64,000 bases of DNA, from NCBI GenBank assembly GCA_951406725.2, contig OX597815.1, forward strand, positions 53,754,001 to 53,818,000, read 5' to 3'. Position 1 is the first letter of the stretch; every line of letters starts with the position of its first letter. A program made the position numbers and the translations under genes. Source of the DNA: Octopus vulgaris. Lineage: Eukaryota. Under the pieces are notes generated by a model that was not told the origin of the DNA, ran no database searches, and saw only the letters and a program-made list of their open reading frames with translations. This document shows, piece after piece, positions 39,432-51,665 of this stretch.

Positions 39432-40117
39432 CCAAGGCTAGCATATAGGCACGAGGCGATAAGGACCGTGCCTCGAGTCTATATGCTATAACTTTTCAAA
39501 ATCCACCACCATCGCGCGGTTTCTCAGCAGTAAATATAACTGCCGATTTAATTTCAAAATTATCCAAAAAATCTTTTTATCATTAATTAATAAATTTTAG
39601 GGTAGCAAAAAATATCTAGAAAAATTCTCCGCTACCAGCGGTCAAGTGAGAAAGAAAAAATAGTCAATAGACTATGTAATATACATTCAAACATATAAGA
39701 GATGGCCATAATAGGACATCTGACTCACTAGAAAGAGCAGTTAAACTCCAAACCACTAATAGTTGTAATTCTGAAATATATACATATATATATATATATA
39801 TATACACATATATATATATATACGTATATATATATGGCATTGCATAAACCGCTTATGTTTTGCAATATAAATAATTAAATAAATAAATACATAAATAATA
39901 ATTTTACGCCACAGCTTATAATCCAGATATTTTTATAGAATTGTATCCAGCATATTCCTTTTAGACATTAGCGTGGAAATACTTGAGAAGGTGAGATTAT
40001 ACAAAATTTATATTTGAATTTATATTACAAAGACTCGTAAAAAATAAAATTAGTACAATGAACAACAGTATAATTGAAATTATATAAAGATACTTTAAAC
40101 AAATCATATACATATAT

Positions 40118-40288
40118 ACAGGAGTGGCTGTGTGGTTAGTAGCTTGCTTACCAACCACATGGTTCCGGGATAAATACTGGGCTTACAAAGAATAAGTCCC
40201 GGGGTCGATTTGCTCGACCAAAGGCGGTGCTCCAGCATGGCCGCAGTCAAATGACTGAAACAAGTAAAAGAGTAAAGAGTAAAGAGTA
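40118..40288 (+). mobile_element. SINE family A, head fused to tail (internal deletion)
   Basis: caggagtggctgtgtggttag...ggttccggg joined to ataaatactgggcttacaaag...gactgaaacaagtaaaag. Confidence 0.88.
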
Positions 40289-40360
40289 TATCAATAACAA
40301 CATGAATATATAAAAATAAAATATAATATATTCAAGAAACCATACTTCAGGAACAATATA

Positions 40361-40864
40361 TTATTTTCTACTCCAGGTACAAGGCCCGAATTTTTTTTGG
40401 AGTGGGGCCAGTCGATTAAATCTGCCCCAGTATGTAACTGGTACTTAATTTATCAACCCCGAAAGGATGAAAGGCAAAGTCGACCGCAGCGGATTTGAAT
40501 TCAGAACGTAACGGCAGACGAAATACCTCTAAGCATTTCGCCCAGCATGCTAACGTTTCTGCCAGCTCGCCGCCTTTTTAAAGTCAACCTCGGCGGAATT
40601 TGAACTCAGAACGTAGCGGCAGGCGAAATACCTATTTCTTTACTACCCACAAGGGGCTAAACACAGAGAGAACAAACAAGGACAGACAAACGGATTAAGT
40701 CGATTATATCGACCCCAATGCGTAACTGGTACTTAATTTATCGACCCAGAATGTATGAAAGGCAAAGTCGATCTCGGCGGAACTTGAACTCAGAACGTAA
40801 CGGCAGACGAAATACCGCTGGGCATTTCGCCTGGCGTGCTAACGTTTCTTCCAGCTCGCCACCT
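40361..40864 (-). mobile_element. SINE family B multimer with 15-bp TSD
   Basis: TSD ttcaggaacaatata at 40346-40360 and 40865-40879. Confidence 0.9.
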
Positions 40865-40969
40865 TTCAGGAACAATATAAGTAAGATTTTTTTTTTAACA
40901 TATAGAAGAGAGAATACTGGATTTAGTAACAAAAAGAATTAAAAGCACTGTTTTCTTTAGATATTTGGT

Positions 40970-41860
40970 TTTCGAAATTTACAATATCTGTTTCAAAGGT
41001 GAGTTTGGCAGGCCAGGCTCTTGTCAGCCTTACTATGGTAGCAATTTATTTTGCGAGATGCAGTGATTCCAAAATCTATAAGCGAAAAATAGAATCAAAC
41101 AACTTTTTGTAATCAGAAATGTTATAGCCAGCTTTCTCTTGAGTTTTTGATGTTTAGAACAGCATAGTTTTTGTAATGAAATGTTGCTAGATAAAATCTA
41201 ACACAACTTTCTATCGGCCTCTCATTAATCACTACCTTGTTGGACTGGAATACAGTTTTGGAGAAAATGACAAATGCTTAGATAAGCAATAGCCCTATAA
41301 TTTTGCGCCAAGTCTTGTATTGGCTATCACGTTTATCTATATTATCGTAAGCCAATTTGGTATGTCAATTCGACCTTCTGCTGCTGTCTTAAATATGCAC
41401 AAGTTGTTAACGACCTGTCGAACGTTAACATGTTGTAGCAGTATCCATCTATTAAGTCTATTCCTGGTTTCTTTTCATTATGCATCTCTCTAGTTTTAAA
41501 GTGTTTTGAAGTGGATGGTGTATTCTATTCAGACATGATGCAGTGTAGTTGAAATATTTCTCTCGCTTCCGGGTATTGGAACAAAATGATTGAAGATTTT
41601 ATTGAAAATGTAGTGAGTGCTTACTGAATTGTTATTTTCCTTCAAACTCTGGTATCACAGGTTATTGGTTCGCGGGGTAAACTTGTGGTTAATGATGGCT
41701 CGTTATTATCTTTTCAGCAGCGTAATTTCTCACTGAAAGTCTGGAGTTTATACTTAAGAGTTATTAATTTTCCGTCAAAAGTGTGGAGATTAGAATCTCT
41801 ATATGATTAAGGTGTTGCTAATGTTAGCTGACCTTATTGTTCACATTATACCTTATGAAT
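40970..41860 (-). mobile_element. Very degraded L1/Tx1-like LINE fragment
   Basis: Minus-strand peptides HTFDGKLITLK and LCIFKTAAEGRIDIPNW resemble the post-RT motifs S..GK..L.K and L..PK..GGLG.P. Confidence 0.4.
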
Positions 41861-42402
41861 GTATCTAAAGGTTCGATTTAAGCCGCCTAAGTTATTGTAC
41901 AGATATATCGACATACTGACGTATATGCATAAGGTTATGTATTAGTTTATGTATGTATGTATGTATGTATGTATGTATGTATGTATGTATGTATGTATGT
42001 ATGTATGTATGTATGTATGAATGTATGTATGTATTTATGTATGTATGTATGTATTAGTTTAGCACAAAGCAATCTCCACAGATATTGATTTGTGCTGAGT
42101 ACAGATGCTAAACTCCTCCGTTCGAACTGTTCTAATCCCCAGTTTTGATAAGTAATATTTCCGCACAAAATGTTTTCTACTATTTTTCAACTCTTATGCA
42201 TATCTCACACAAATATAACATTTATATACTATTCTGGAGAACTGAAATAGGCAGATGTTCTTTAAGAGGACACACCTTTGTTTATGATCATACTTACATA
42301 CCATATATATATTCTCTTATACTCCTCTATACGTTTCAGTCATTTGATTGTGGCCATGCTGGAGCACCGCCTTGCATGTATGTATGTATGTATGTATGTA
42401 TG

Positions 42403-42468
<66 letters not shown>

Positions 42469-42881
42469 TGTATGTATGTATTATGTATGTATGTATACAC
42501 ACACAAATATCTTTTTATTTGGTTCAGTCATCTGACTGCAGCTATGCTGAGGTGTTTTTCAGTCGAAGGAATCGATTCCAAGTTTTATTCTTTGTAAGCC
42601 TAATATTTAATCTGTCGGATACTTTAACCGAACCGTTAGTTTACGCACCTACACACCTACTTCGATTCTCAAGCGCTGCTGGAGGGACAAACACAGGTAC
42701 AGATAGTGTATCGTATAGCCAGCTAGAGACAATATTTCTTGGGGCTAAATAGCAGTAACATGTTGGCAAATAATCTTTACTTTAGACTACTGTTACTGAA
42801 TGTCTCTCGGTAAGTGATTTAGAAATAGTGATGTTTCTATCTATTAGATCAGTGTCTGTGTGTTACTTTGAAAATTATATA

Positions 42882-42947
<66 letters not shown>

Positions 42948-42985
42948 CAGGAGTTTAGCAGCGTTATCTCTAGCCAAGCAGTTAT

Positions 42986-43030
42986 TCTATGCCGAGGAAG
43001 GGAAATAACCCAAAAACCGCGGTCCGCAGA
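42986..43030 (+). ncRNA. Satellite hammerhead, copy 1 (core mutated)
   Basis: tctatg CCGAGGA a ggg-aaataa-ccc a AAAAC cgcg GTC cgcaga. Confidence 0.65.
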
Positions 43031-43344
43031 TATAGCTTTGTGCTAAGTGGGGATGCTAAACTCTTCTTTTCGAAAATATAAGGACACAGATAGTGTGTCG
43101 TAAAGCCAGATGGAGACGATGTTTCCTGGGGTTAAATAGCAGTAACATTTTCCCAACCGGGACTGCCACATTATGTTGGCAAATAATCTTTACTTTAGAG
43201 TACTCTTACTGAATATCACTTGTTGAGAGATTTAAAAATTACAATGTTTCTATTTATTAGATCACTGTCTGTGTGTTACTTTAAAAATCATATATATATT
43301 TTAAAACAGGAGTTTAGCAGAGTCATCTCTAGCCAAGTAGTTAT

Positions 43345-43389
43345 TCTGTACTGAGGAAGAGAAATAGCGCAGAAACCGCGGTCCATAGA
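43345..43389 (+). ncRNA. Satellite hammerhead, copy 2 (core intact, stems eroded)
   Basis: tctgta CTGAGGA a gag-aaatag-cgc a GAAAC cgcg GTC cataga. Confidence 0.7.
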
Positions 43390-43548
43390 TATTGCTTTAT
43401 GCTGAGTGGAGATGTTAAACTCCTATGTTCGAAAATATAAGGACACATAGTGTGTCGTATAGCCAGCTAGAGACGTTGTTTCCTGGGGCTAAATAACAGC
43501 AACATTCGTCCCATCCTGGACAGCCACATTATGTTGGAAAATAATCTT

Positions 43549-43587
<39 letters not shown>

Positions 43588-43775
43588 ATCTCCTCCTTCT
43601 CCTTCTTCTTCTTCGCTGCCAGGAATTTCCCAACGACCTCGAACCCACAAGAGTAAAAAAAGAGTCAGAGACAGGAAGAAACAAGGAAAATGCCCCTTGT
43701 ATTTGAATACTATGCAAACATTCTTTTAAAAAAACTTTTTATTTAATTTTTCCAAAATTTAATTGTTTTCCATAC

Positions 43776-43815
43776 TTAGAGTTGAAAAAGTCTCAATGAC
43801 TGAAACCGATACTAA
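43776..43815 (+). ncRNA. Degenerate hammerhead-like motif in a pLTR-like segment (about 43620-43870)
   Basis: ttag ag TTGAAAA agtc-tcaat-gact GAAAC cg ATA ctaa. Confidence 0.4.
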
Positions 43816-43943
43816 CATGTTTTTTATGATAAAATTATTTTAGCTTTTTCTACTTTGACTTATTTTCCTTATACACACACCCACATCCATACACACACAC
43901 ATACACGTACACATACACACACATATATATATATACATATATA

Positions 43944-44515
43944 TGGTCACCATATAGTGCCAACTAACAGAGTAGCTTGAAACAGTCCAACATTAAAAAG
44001 ATTGAAACAGTGCGGCAGGTGAGCTACAGGGATGGGGCGAAGGCGCGACATATATACAATAATCTACATATGGAAAACTGTAGAAGGGCTTGTACCTAAT
44101 TTCGGCATTGGATGTTATTCAAATGCCAGAACTGGCCGTTTTTTATTATACCAACGGTATCATCCACCCATCTAAATTCAGGACCAGGTACAGCAATAGT
44201 CTAGGGTCCAAAGGCCCACAGTTCTTCAATGACCTGTCACAATGACCTGCATAAAGTGGAAGTAGATGTCTTCAAAAAGGAATCCTCCTTTCCACAATAC
44301 CGGATGAATCAACAGCCCGGCATGAAGTGCAGACAAGAGCAGCGGAAACAAACTCCCTTATACACAGAATAGGCAAACAGCTGGGACAAAAGCACATACA
44401 GGAGTGGTGATGTGAAACACCCCAGACTGAGGAGATTAGAAAGACCACGGTGATGGTCCAGCATGACCACAGCCGCGTGGCTGAAACGAGTAAAAGAATA
44501 ATAGAATAAAAGAAT
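43944..44515 (+). mobile_element. CR1-group LINE 3' end including tail
   Basis: WSPYSA, RRDIYTIIYIWKTVEGLVPNFGI...NARTGR, NSLGSKGPQFFNDL; ends in ccagcatgaccacagccgcgtggctgaaacgagtaaaagaata. Confidence 0.8.
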
Positions 44516-44538
44516 GTATAAACACACACACGCACACA

Positions 44539-44613
<75 letters not shown>

Positions 44614-44673
44614 ACACACGTAATCATGAGTTTGCGTGCGTGTATGTGTATATTTGCATATGTGCATATTCTA

Positions 44674-45895
44674 TCTGCTTGAGCATAAAGTAAGCAATGT
44701 TTTGAACCACGAAGAATTTGTACCGGATTTTTGCCGAGTCTTGGATTCTTAAAAACTTTTTTATTTGAAATTTTCTGATAAAAGACACTTAGACTTGCCC
44801 AAATGCCTCAATAAATTAACATTGATATTTTTTCCACCGTTGTTACAATCATCTGAAATGGTATTGTCAAAGTGCGATATTGAAGCAAGTTTGCTCCTCA
44901 ACTTCAAATAAGGAGGTAAAGCAGCTGAAACTGCTTTCGATGTTAACGAAACGTTTGGTGAGGAAATGACCAGTGAGTGGTCAGTTCGAAAATTGTTTAA
45001 ACGATTTCGCAATGGGAACCGGGACCTTGAAGATTGTGAGCGTAGTGGACACCAATCTGTCATCGATGACGGTCAGTTATAGTTCGTCATTGAGAAAGAT
45101 CTACGAAACCACTCGATAACTGGCAGCCAGAAAACTGCCTGCAGCCATTCGCATGCGATCAGAAATTCAAAAAGCTCAACAAATTGGCACCACGCGATTT
45201 GAATGAAAATCAGAAAATATGCAGATATGAAATTTACTCATCGCTTCTTCTCCCTAACCAGACCGATCCATTTCTCGACCGTATTGTAACTTGCGATGAA
45301 AAGGGGATTCTGTACAGTAATGAAAAAACGTCCTTCGTAGTGGTTGGACTAAAATGAAGCACCAAAAACCTTCCCTAAAATCGATCTATTCAAAAAGAAG
45401 GTTATGGTGACTGTTTGATGCTGTTCTTGCTGGACTCATCCACCAGAATTTCTGAAAATCCGGAAAACATATTGCCATGCAGAAACATATTGCCATAAAA
45501 TTGCTGAAATGAACGAAAAACTGCTACTCCTCTGTCCCAGACTGGTCAACAGAAAAGGGCTAATCATTCTTCATGACAATGCTTGACCACAGGTTTCACT
45601 TATAACGCTCCAGAAGTTGAGTGAACTTGGCTACGAAGTTCTTCCCCACACAGCTTATTCTCCAGACAATTCTTCCACCGACTACCACTTTTTCAAGGAC
45701 CTTGGTAGTTTCCTGCGAGAGGAGTTTAAAAATAAAACCGATGCTGAAAGTGCGCTCCAGAACTCCAGATTTTTATGTTACCAGAATAAACAAACTTGTA
45801 ACTCGATGTGTTGATTGTAATGGCACTTACTTTGATGAAATATCTTGTGATGAATTTCATATTTCAAAACGTTGTTTACTTTTTACTCAGCCTGA
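44674..45895 (+). mobile_element. Degraded full-length mariner with both TIRs and TA TSD
   Basis: ta|tctgcttgagcataaagtaagcaatgttttgaa ... ttcaaaacgttgtttactttttactcagcctga|ta; ATG at 44858; IVTCDEK, HDNA*PQ, YEVLPHTAYSPD...DYHFF. Confidence 0.92.
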
Positions 45896-46207
45896 TAGGT
45901 TTTTGTACGTACGTATGCACGTATGAGAGAATGCGGTGCCATCTTGTAATCTTTTATTCTTTTACTCATCGATCCCTAGTCTGGGATCATACCTGGGCAC
46001 TGCTAGTAAAAGGATTTTAGTTATGTCGAGCTTTGTATTTCGTCTTGTTTTCAGTCAAGAAGATAAAGTCAATAAGGACTTGATGGCACGTAACTCGACA
46101 GAACCAAACTACATAATGTATGCTTGTTCCAAACACTGATTCTGCAGTTTATCACACCTTTTATTCAATTGATTTCTTCCTACCAACCTACCTACCTACC
46201 TACATGT

Positions 46208-46302
<95 letters not shown>

Positions 46303-46305
<3 letters not shown>

Positions 46306-46821
46306 GTTGTCCGGAAAGTTCGTGCCGATTTTTAAAGGAAAGAAAAAGCTCAATAAATACTTGCCATTACATTTTTAATCAACCAAACATGAACCATTTT
46401 GTTGCACAATGCGTCTCCATCTTTCCTTTAACTTGAAAATACCCTCTTTCCAGAATTGAGGTGGTTTCATCGCAAAGAATTCATCAAGGTATCTTTTTAC
46501 GTCATCCAAGGAATTGGAATGTTTACTATTAAGACTATTCTGCAGAGATCTGAATAAGTGGAAATCAGAAGGAGCAATATCTGGTGAATATGGAGGGTGG
46601 TGTAACACATCCCAGCCGAGCTGCAGCAATTTTTGTCTGGTTCCCAAAACATCAAGTGCCGAAAATGAACTTTCTTCCATTTTAAAGGGTTACAGAATTA
46701 ACATAGGTTATAGGAACACAAATCTTCTTCCACGAAAAGATAGCTTAAACTGTGCTCTTAATGGAGGTGTAGTCAAATCCTATTATATGGACTCAACCAT
46801 GTTCTAAAATAAGTCGAAAGG
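46303..46821 (-). mobile_element. Internally deleted mariner of the same family as 17702-18275, retaining the C-terminus (ORF 46375-46680)
   Basis: Same TIR tgggttgtccggaaagttcgtgccgattt and same 5' UTR; LGWDVLHHPPYSPDIAPSDFHLFRSLQ...W...NG; second TIR missing. Confidence 0.92.
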
Positions 46822-48499
46822 ACAACAAGCAATAAGACAAGGCAAACATCTCTTAATGTTTGTTGTCCTCTTTAACAATTATATATCCGCTGCACCGGAA
46901 ATCTTCAATGATTCCATAACTACCGTCTCGGCTATAACCTTGGAGCCCTGGTAATCCCTTACAGCACTTACCTGGAGTGTTCCTAATCGTTTAGATCACC
47001 TGTGAACTAAACCCCCATAGTTTGTGTGTATGTGTATATATTCAATTGTACTGTGAGCAAAGCTGACGTGTTAAATGATACTTCAGCAGACTCGGAAATA
47101 TATAGAAGTCAGCGCTGTTTGCTAAGACCTTGTTCTCCAAATTCTCCCCGCAATGTCAGCACTAATACCAACGTTTAAGAATATACACAGGGCTGTTGAA
47201 AAGATCTTCAACTTGGATGTCGAGATTAGGAGATAATTATAACTATTGGTAACTTCCACACCAATAGTGTCATTGACAAAACCCACGTTAAGTGGAGGAA
47301 TGGAAGTAGACGTATAAGATTAGTCCAGTATTGCACTGTATCCCTTAAACAACATCTACTGTATTTATGTAAAGAGAGAAATGAATACCCTACATCTATG
47401 TACTACAGTGAAAAATAATTGTATGGTAAAATTTGGTGAATAACTTATGAATAGGCACTTTGGATGTACACTTATTCCATGAGAATCAAGGTTAGTTGGA
47501 GTAACCTATTTAAACAAAGACTTGGAAGAGAAATATCCATCTTCATAAGAGAAGATTATACGTGTGTACATATCCTGCAAACTAGAAAACAGAAACAACT
47601 TTACCAGGAAGTATAGCCGAAACTATATAGATACACTACCTCTTACCTAGAGCATCAGAAAGAAGGTTATTTCTAAATTTCCACGTTTTGATAAACTTCA
47701 TTAATTGTGTCATACCAATATGGACGATATGAGTAGATGTTTAAGAATGTTCACATTTGTCCACGATAGGGACTGCTGAGTTTCCTAAAATTTTTTATGG
47801 TATAACTATTGCAATTAGATGTTGCCTTAAGATATTTCGTCGGATATTTGTGAATATTCTTTATAAATTTTTACTGAACACATTTTAGTGTAGAGCTGTG
47901 ATAAACTTTGAACATCAGACTCAAGCCTTAAAGGCCGAGAGTAGGATCCTCTGGGAGCCTTTCATATAAACCTGACTGCATGTAAAAAGTTGTTAAACTT
48001 TCCAGAAGTTTTCCAGATTAGGTTTATGGATATATATACGTCATATGCACACATTTATATTTGCATACGATATACGTACGCTTGGCAACTAAAGTGACAT
48101 GCACGACCTCTACAAGAGTGCGATTTTATTCACACTCCCCCATACATAGATCCATACATTAACTCATTTACACATTCAAAACCCCACTAACTGTCTTGAC
48201 ATATGTATAAGAAAAGCATTGTAAATTTGTTACTGACTGGCTTTCGATTCTGCAAAATATAAAAAAATTAAATAATTCTAAAGAAAAAGCAAACACACAT
48301 ACATAGAAACACATTCACATACACAGTCATGCACACTCCTACACATACTCACATACTCTTACATGTATACATACAAACATACATACATATGCTTCAAGAA
48401 GTACACGCTTCGTGATAACTTCCGATACGATTCCATAATTAGCGTACTTCCATAAAAACCTGCAAGAGAAACGCTTTAAATATGCCAGAGATTACGAAT

Positions 48500-50450
48500 G
48501 AATGTGTTTGTCATACATTTAAGGATAATGTTACCATTAACATATAATGGTCAGGAGTCAAAGAGACGTACAACCTTTCTTAGAGTCGAGACTGTTACAA
48601 TCAAAACCCTTTTTGAAAGTTTTGTTTATGTAATCTCAGGCCAGGAGATAGCTACAAAATATCTAAAGAACAAAAGAGAGAATGAAGCCCTTAAACTCCA
48701 CCAGAAATGTGTGTATGAAACATTTCTGTAGACGACATTAACAAGTATAAACAACAACTACCTCCAAAATCATCAAAATACTGACAGTGGGATAAACATA
48801 GATAAAACTGCTGTTATATCATAGATATAAATATGTCAACATATAAAATATTGACGGAATATTCGCATCAGAATCGACTGGTACTGTTGTTCCGTGCAGA
48901 TGATGTCATGTATAGTTGTAGAGATGCGACTATTTTTTCGAAATCTGAGAAGGATAATATATACAGCTACTTCGAAATCTAACTCCACGAACTCACTAAT
49001 TTTAATTCAGTGTTGTATCGTGACAACGAGCTAGTAGTGTCACATCATAGATATCTTTAGAATGAATGTTATAGCAATATTTTATAACCTGAGACCTAAA
49101 TACATTCTAGCTTCCAATAAAACATAGATTTATTTTAATGAGAGTCTTAGTTGATTGCATAATAATCACAAGTATTTGAAGAAACCTAAAGAAAGAATAA
49201 AATATATGAATAGGCACTGCTTCCAAATCCTATTGTTTTAGAAACCAGATTAGTAATATTAATTCAATGAATTCTTATCTATCTTCTAAAAATATCCTTT
49301 ACAGGGCGACATTTTTCTACAACTATGCTTCAGCCTTCGGCGGCTTCAAAATGAATATTTTATAATTCTCCAGTAGTCAATTAAGCTATGATTGTCAGAA
49401 AAATAGACAAAGAAAAATTAGATGGTTCGCCTCCATTCCTTAAACATTATACATAATGAAGTAAGAAATTCACAGCTCTTTTAGAGGAAATTTTGTGACA
49501 AATCATAGCTATAGGTAGCATTGAATTCAATTAAAGCTGTTCTTTCAATTAAACACACTCATCACCAGCAAGACAGATGTCTATGGTGTTCCAGAATTTT
49601 CGTGTGAGAAGGCTGAATCATAATCTTGAAATCAAATATTCATCATCATGCATGAAATCAAAGCCACCTCAGCAACAAATAGTTGAGAAGAGATATTACA
49701 TGAATATTTTGTTGATGTTAAGTTCACGCATACATTTTAAAGCTGCAACAAAATTTTGAGGAACATCAACAAACAGACTTTCACAACACTAAACAGGTTT
49801 GAAACCTGAGAGAAATCAAAACGGATTTTACAAACAGGCGGAAAAAGTCGTGATAAAATACAAATTGTACTCCAACGGAACAATGAAATATCAGCTTCGT
49901 GGAGTAAGCACATATAAGAAGAAAGATTAAAGAAAATTTAGCAATTGCAAAATATCAGGAAATATTTTCTTTATAGATGCCTACATCCTCTAACAGCCCA
50001 TTGGAATATCACTATGATAATATTTATCTCAGAGATTACACTTATCGTGACATACACTGGGCACTCATTAATCTACATAGACACTCACGTAATACATATC
50101 TGGAATTCATAATAATTCTGACGCCCTCAAATCAGTTAGATAGACACACATAAGATTCACTTCTTAATGACATGCAAACTTTCTTCAATCACTTGTTATT
50201 GCAAACTTTTACGGAATCCGGACATGTCTTGGAATATTCTTTCCTTTCTAAGCCTTGCTCAGAGAGATCCACATACTATCAATTACTCACGTTATATACA
50301 ATTTCTGCAGCCATTTTGCATATCTCTACTCCTTCTGACATTCAAATTGTTTAAAGCCACTTTACATAGAATTGTGTTAGACTCACTTAATTTCACCTCC
50401 ACCTGACATACTCGCTTTCTTAAACCACATGTCACACTAAATGTTCCATG
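48500..50450 (+). mobile_element. Highly degraded non-LTR retrotransposon RT region
   Basis: YNLRP (about 49083) and QGDIFLQLCFSL (49302) resemble the RT motifs N.RPI and QGD.LSP.LF; many stops; boundaries uncertain. Confidence 0.45.
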
Positions 50451-50744
50451 TATTTTGACATTTCAAACGAACTCTTTACGAAATAGACATTCCTTATGTA
50501 AATGTTACTTAAGAATCAAGCAGCACTTTGAATCTGACCATATAGACTTTTCAATGTACAGGTCTCAAGTTTTACATAACTTAGCTAACAGCAGATTATT
50601 CCCCCTTTCATACGATTTCACAGTTTTGCTACTTTAGAGTTACAGACATACGTGTGCGTGCACACACCTACTCACACACATGCACACATATATACAGGTA
50701 TGTATGGATACGTATGTATGAATATACAAATATATAGCTTTTCT

Positions 50745-51112
50745 TTTTTGAGGTGTTTCAGTCACTGGAGTAAGGCTATGGTCGGGGACCACCTTGAGGG
50801 GTTTAGTCAAACAAATCGATCCGCGTACATTTTAAAGCCTAGTACTTATTCTATTGGTTTCTTTTGCCGAACCATTAGGCTACGGGGACGTAAACAGACC
50901 AACACCAGTTGTCAAACGGTGTCGGGTAAAGAACACAAATACGAAAACACATACACACTCACACAAATATACAAGAGGTTTCCTTCAGATTCTGTCTACC
51001 AAATTCACTAACAGGCTATAGCATATGACACTTGTTGAAGGTGACACGCAGTGGGACTGAACCCAGAACCATGTAGTTGGGAAGCAAACTTTGTATCACA
51101 CAGCCACGCCCA
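50745..51112 (-). mobile_element. SINE family A
   Basis: Reverse complement from tail to head (cacagccacgcccacg). Confidence 0.85.
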
Positions 51113-51553
51113 CGTGCACATACACATATTTGTCTGTGTCTCTATGTATCTCTATATGTATGCATGTATGTATGTATATATGTATGTATGTATGTATACA
51201 TCCCTAGAAACATATTCTGAGTGCGTGCGAGTGAATATATTTGCTTGTATGTGTGGCGGAGTGACAATGTTTGTACGTTTGTGACAATAGCCATAGCAGT
51301 GAACGAAAGAAAAAGAAAACAATATAAATGGACTCATCAGTCGAAAGAAGAAAGAAGCCAGTTGATATCACTTAGTAACATGAGAAAGACTAAGAAGTCG
51401 GCAGTAGCTTCGACGGCAAAGAGCATGGCACCAGTTGAATTAGCACCAACTACATTGGCCAAGTGTAACATTAGGAAAACTGCTAGTATCATCATCATCA
51501 TCATCATCATCGCCAACAGAAGTTGCTGATGCTGCCGTTACTGCTGATGCTGA

Positions 51554-51665
<112 letters not shown>

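Larger units (their letters stand above)
42699..43552 (+). repeat. Tandem satellite, unit about 360 bp (2.3 copies), each full unit carrying a hammerhead motif
   Basis: Unit starts at 42699, 43086 and 43445; HHR motifs at 42986-43030 and 43345-43389, 359 bp apart. Confidence 0.88.
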
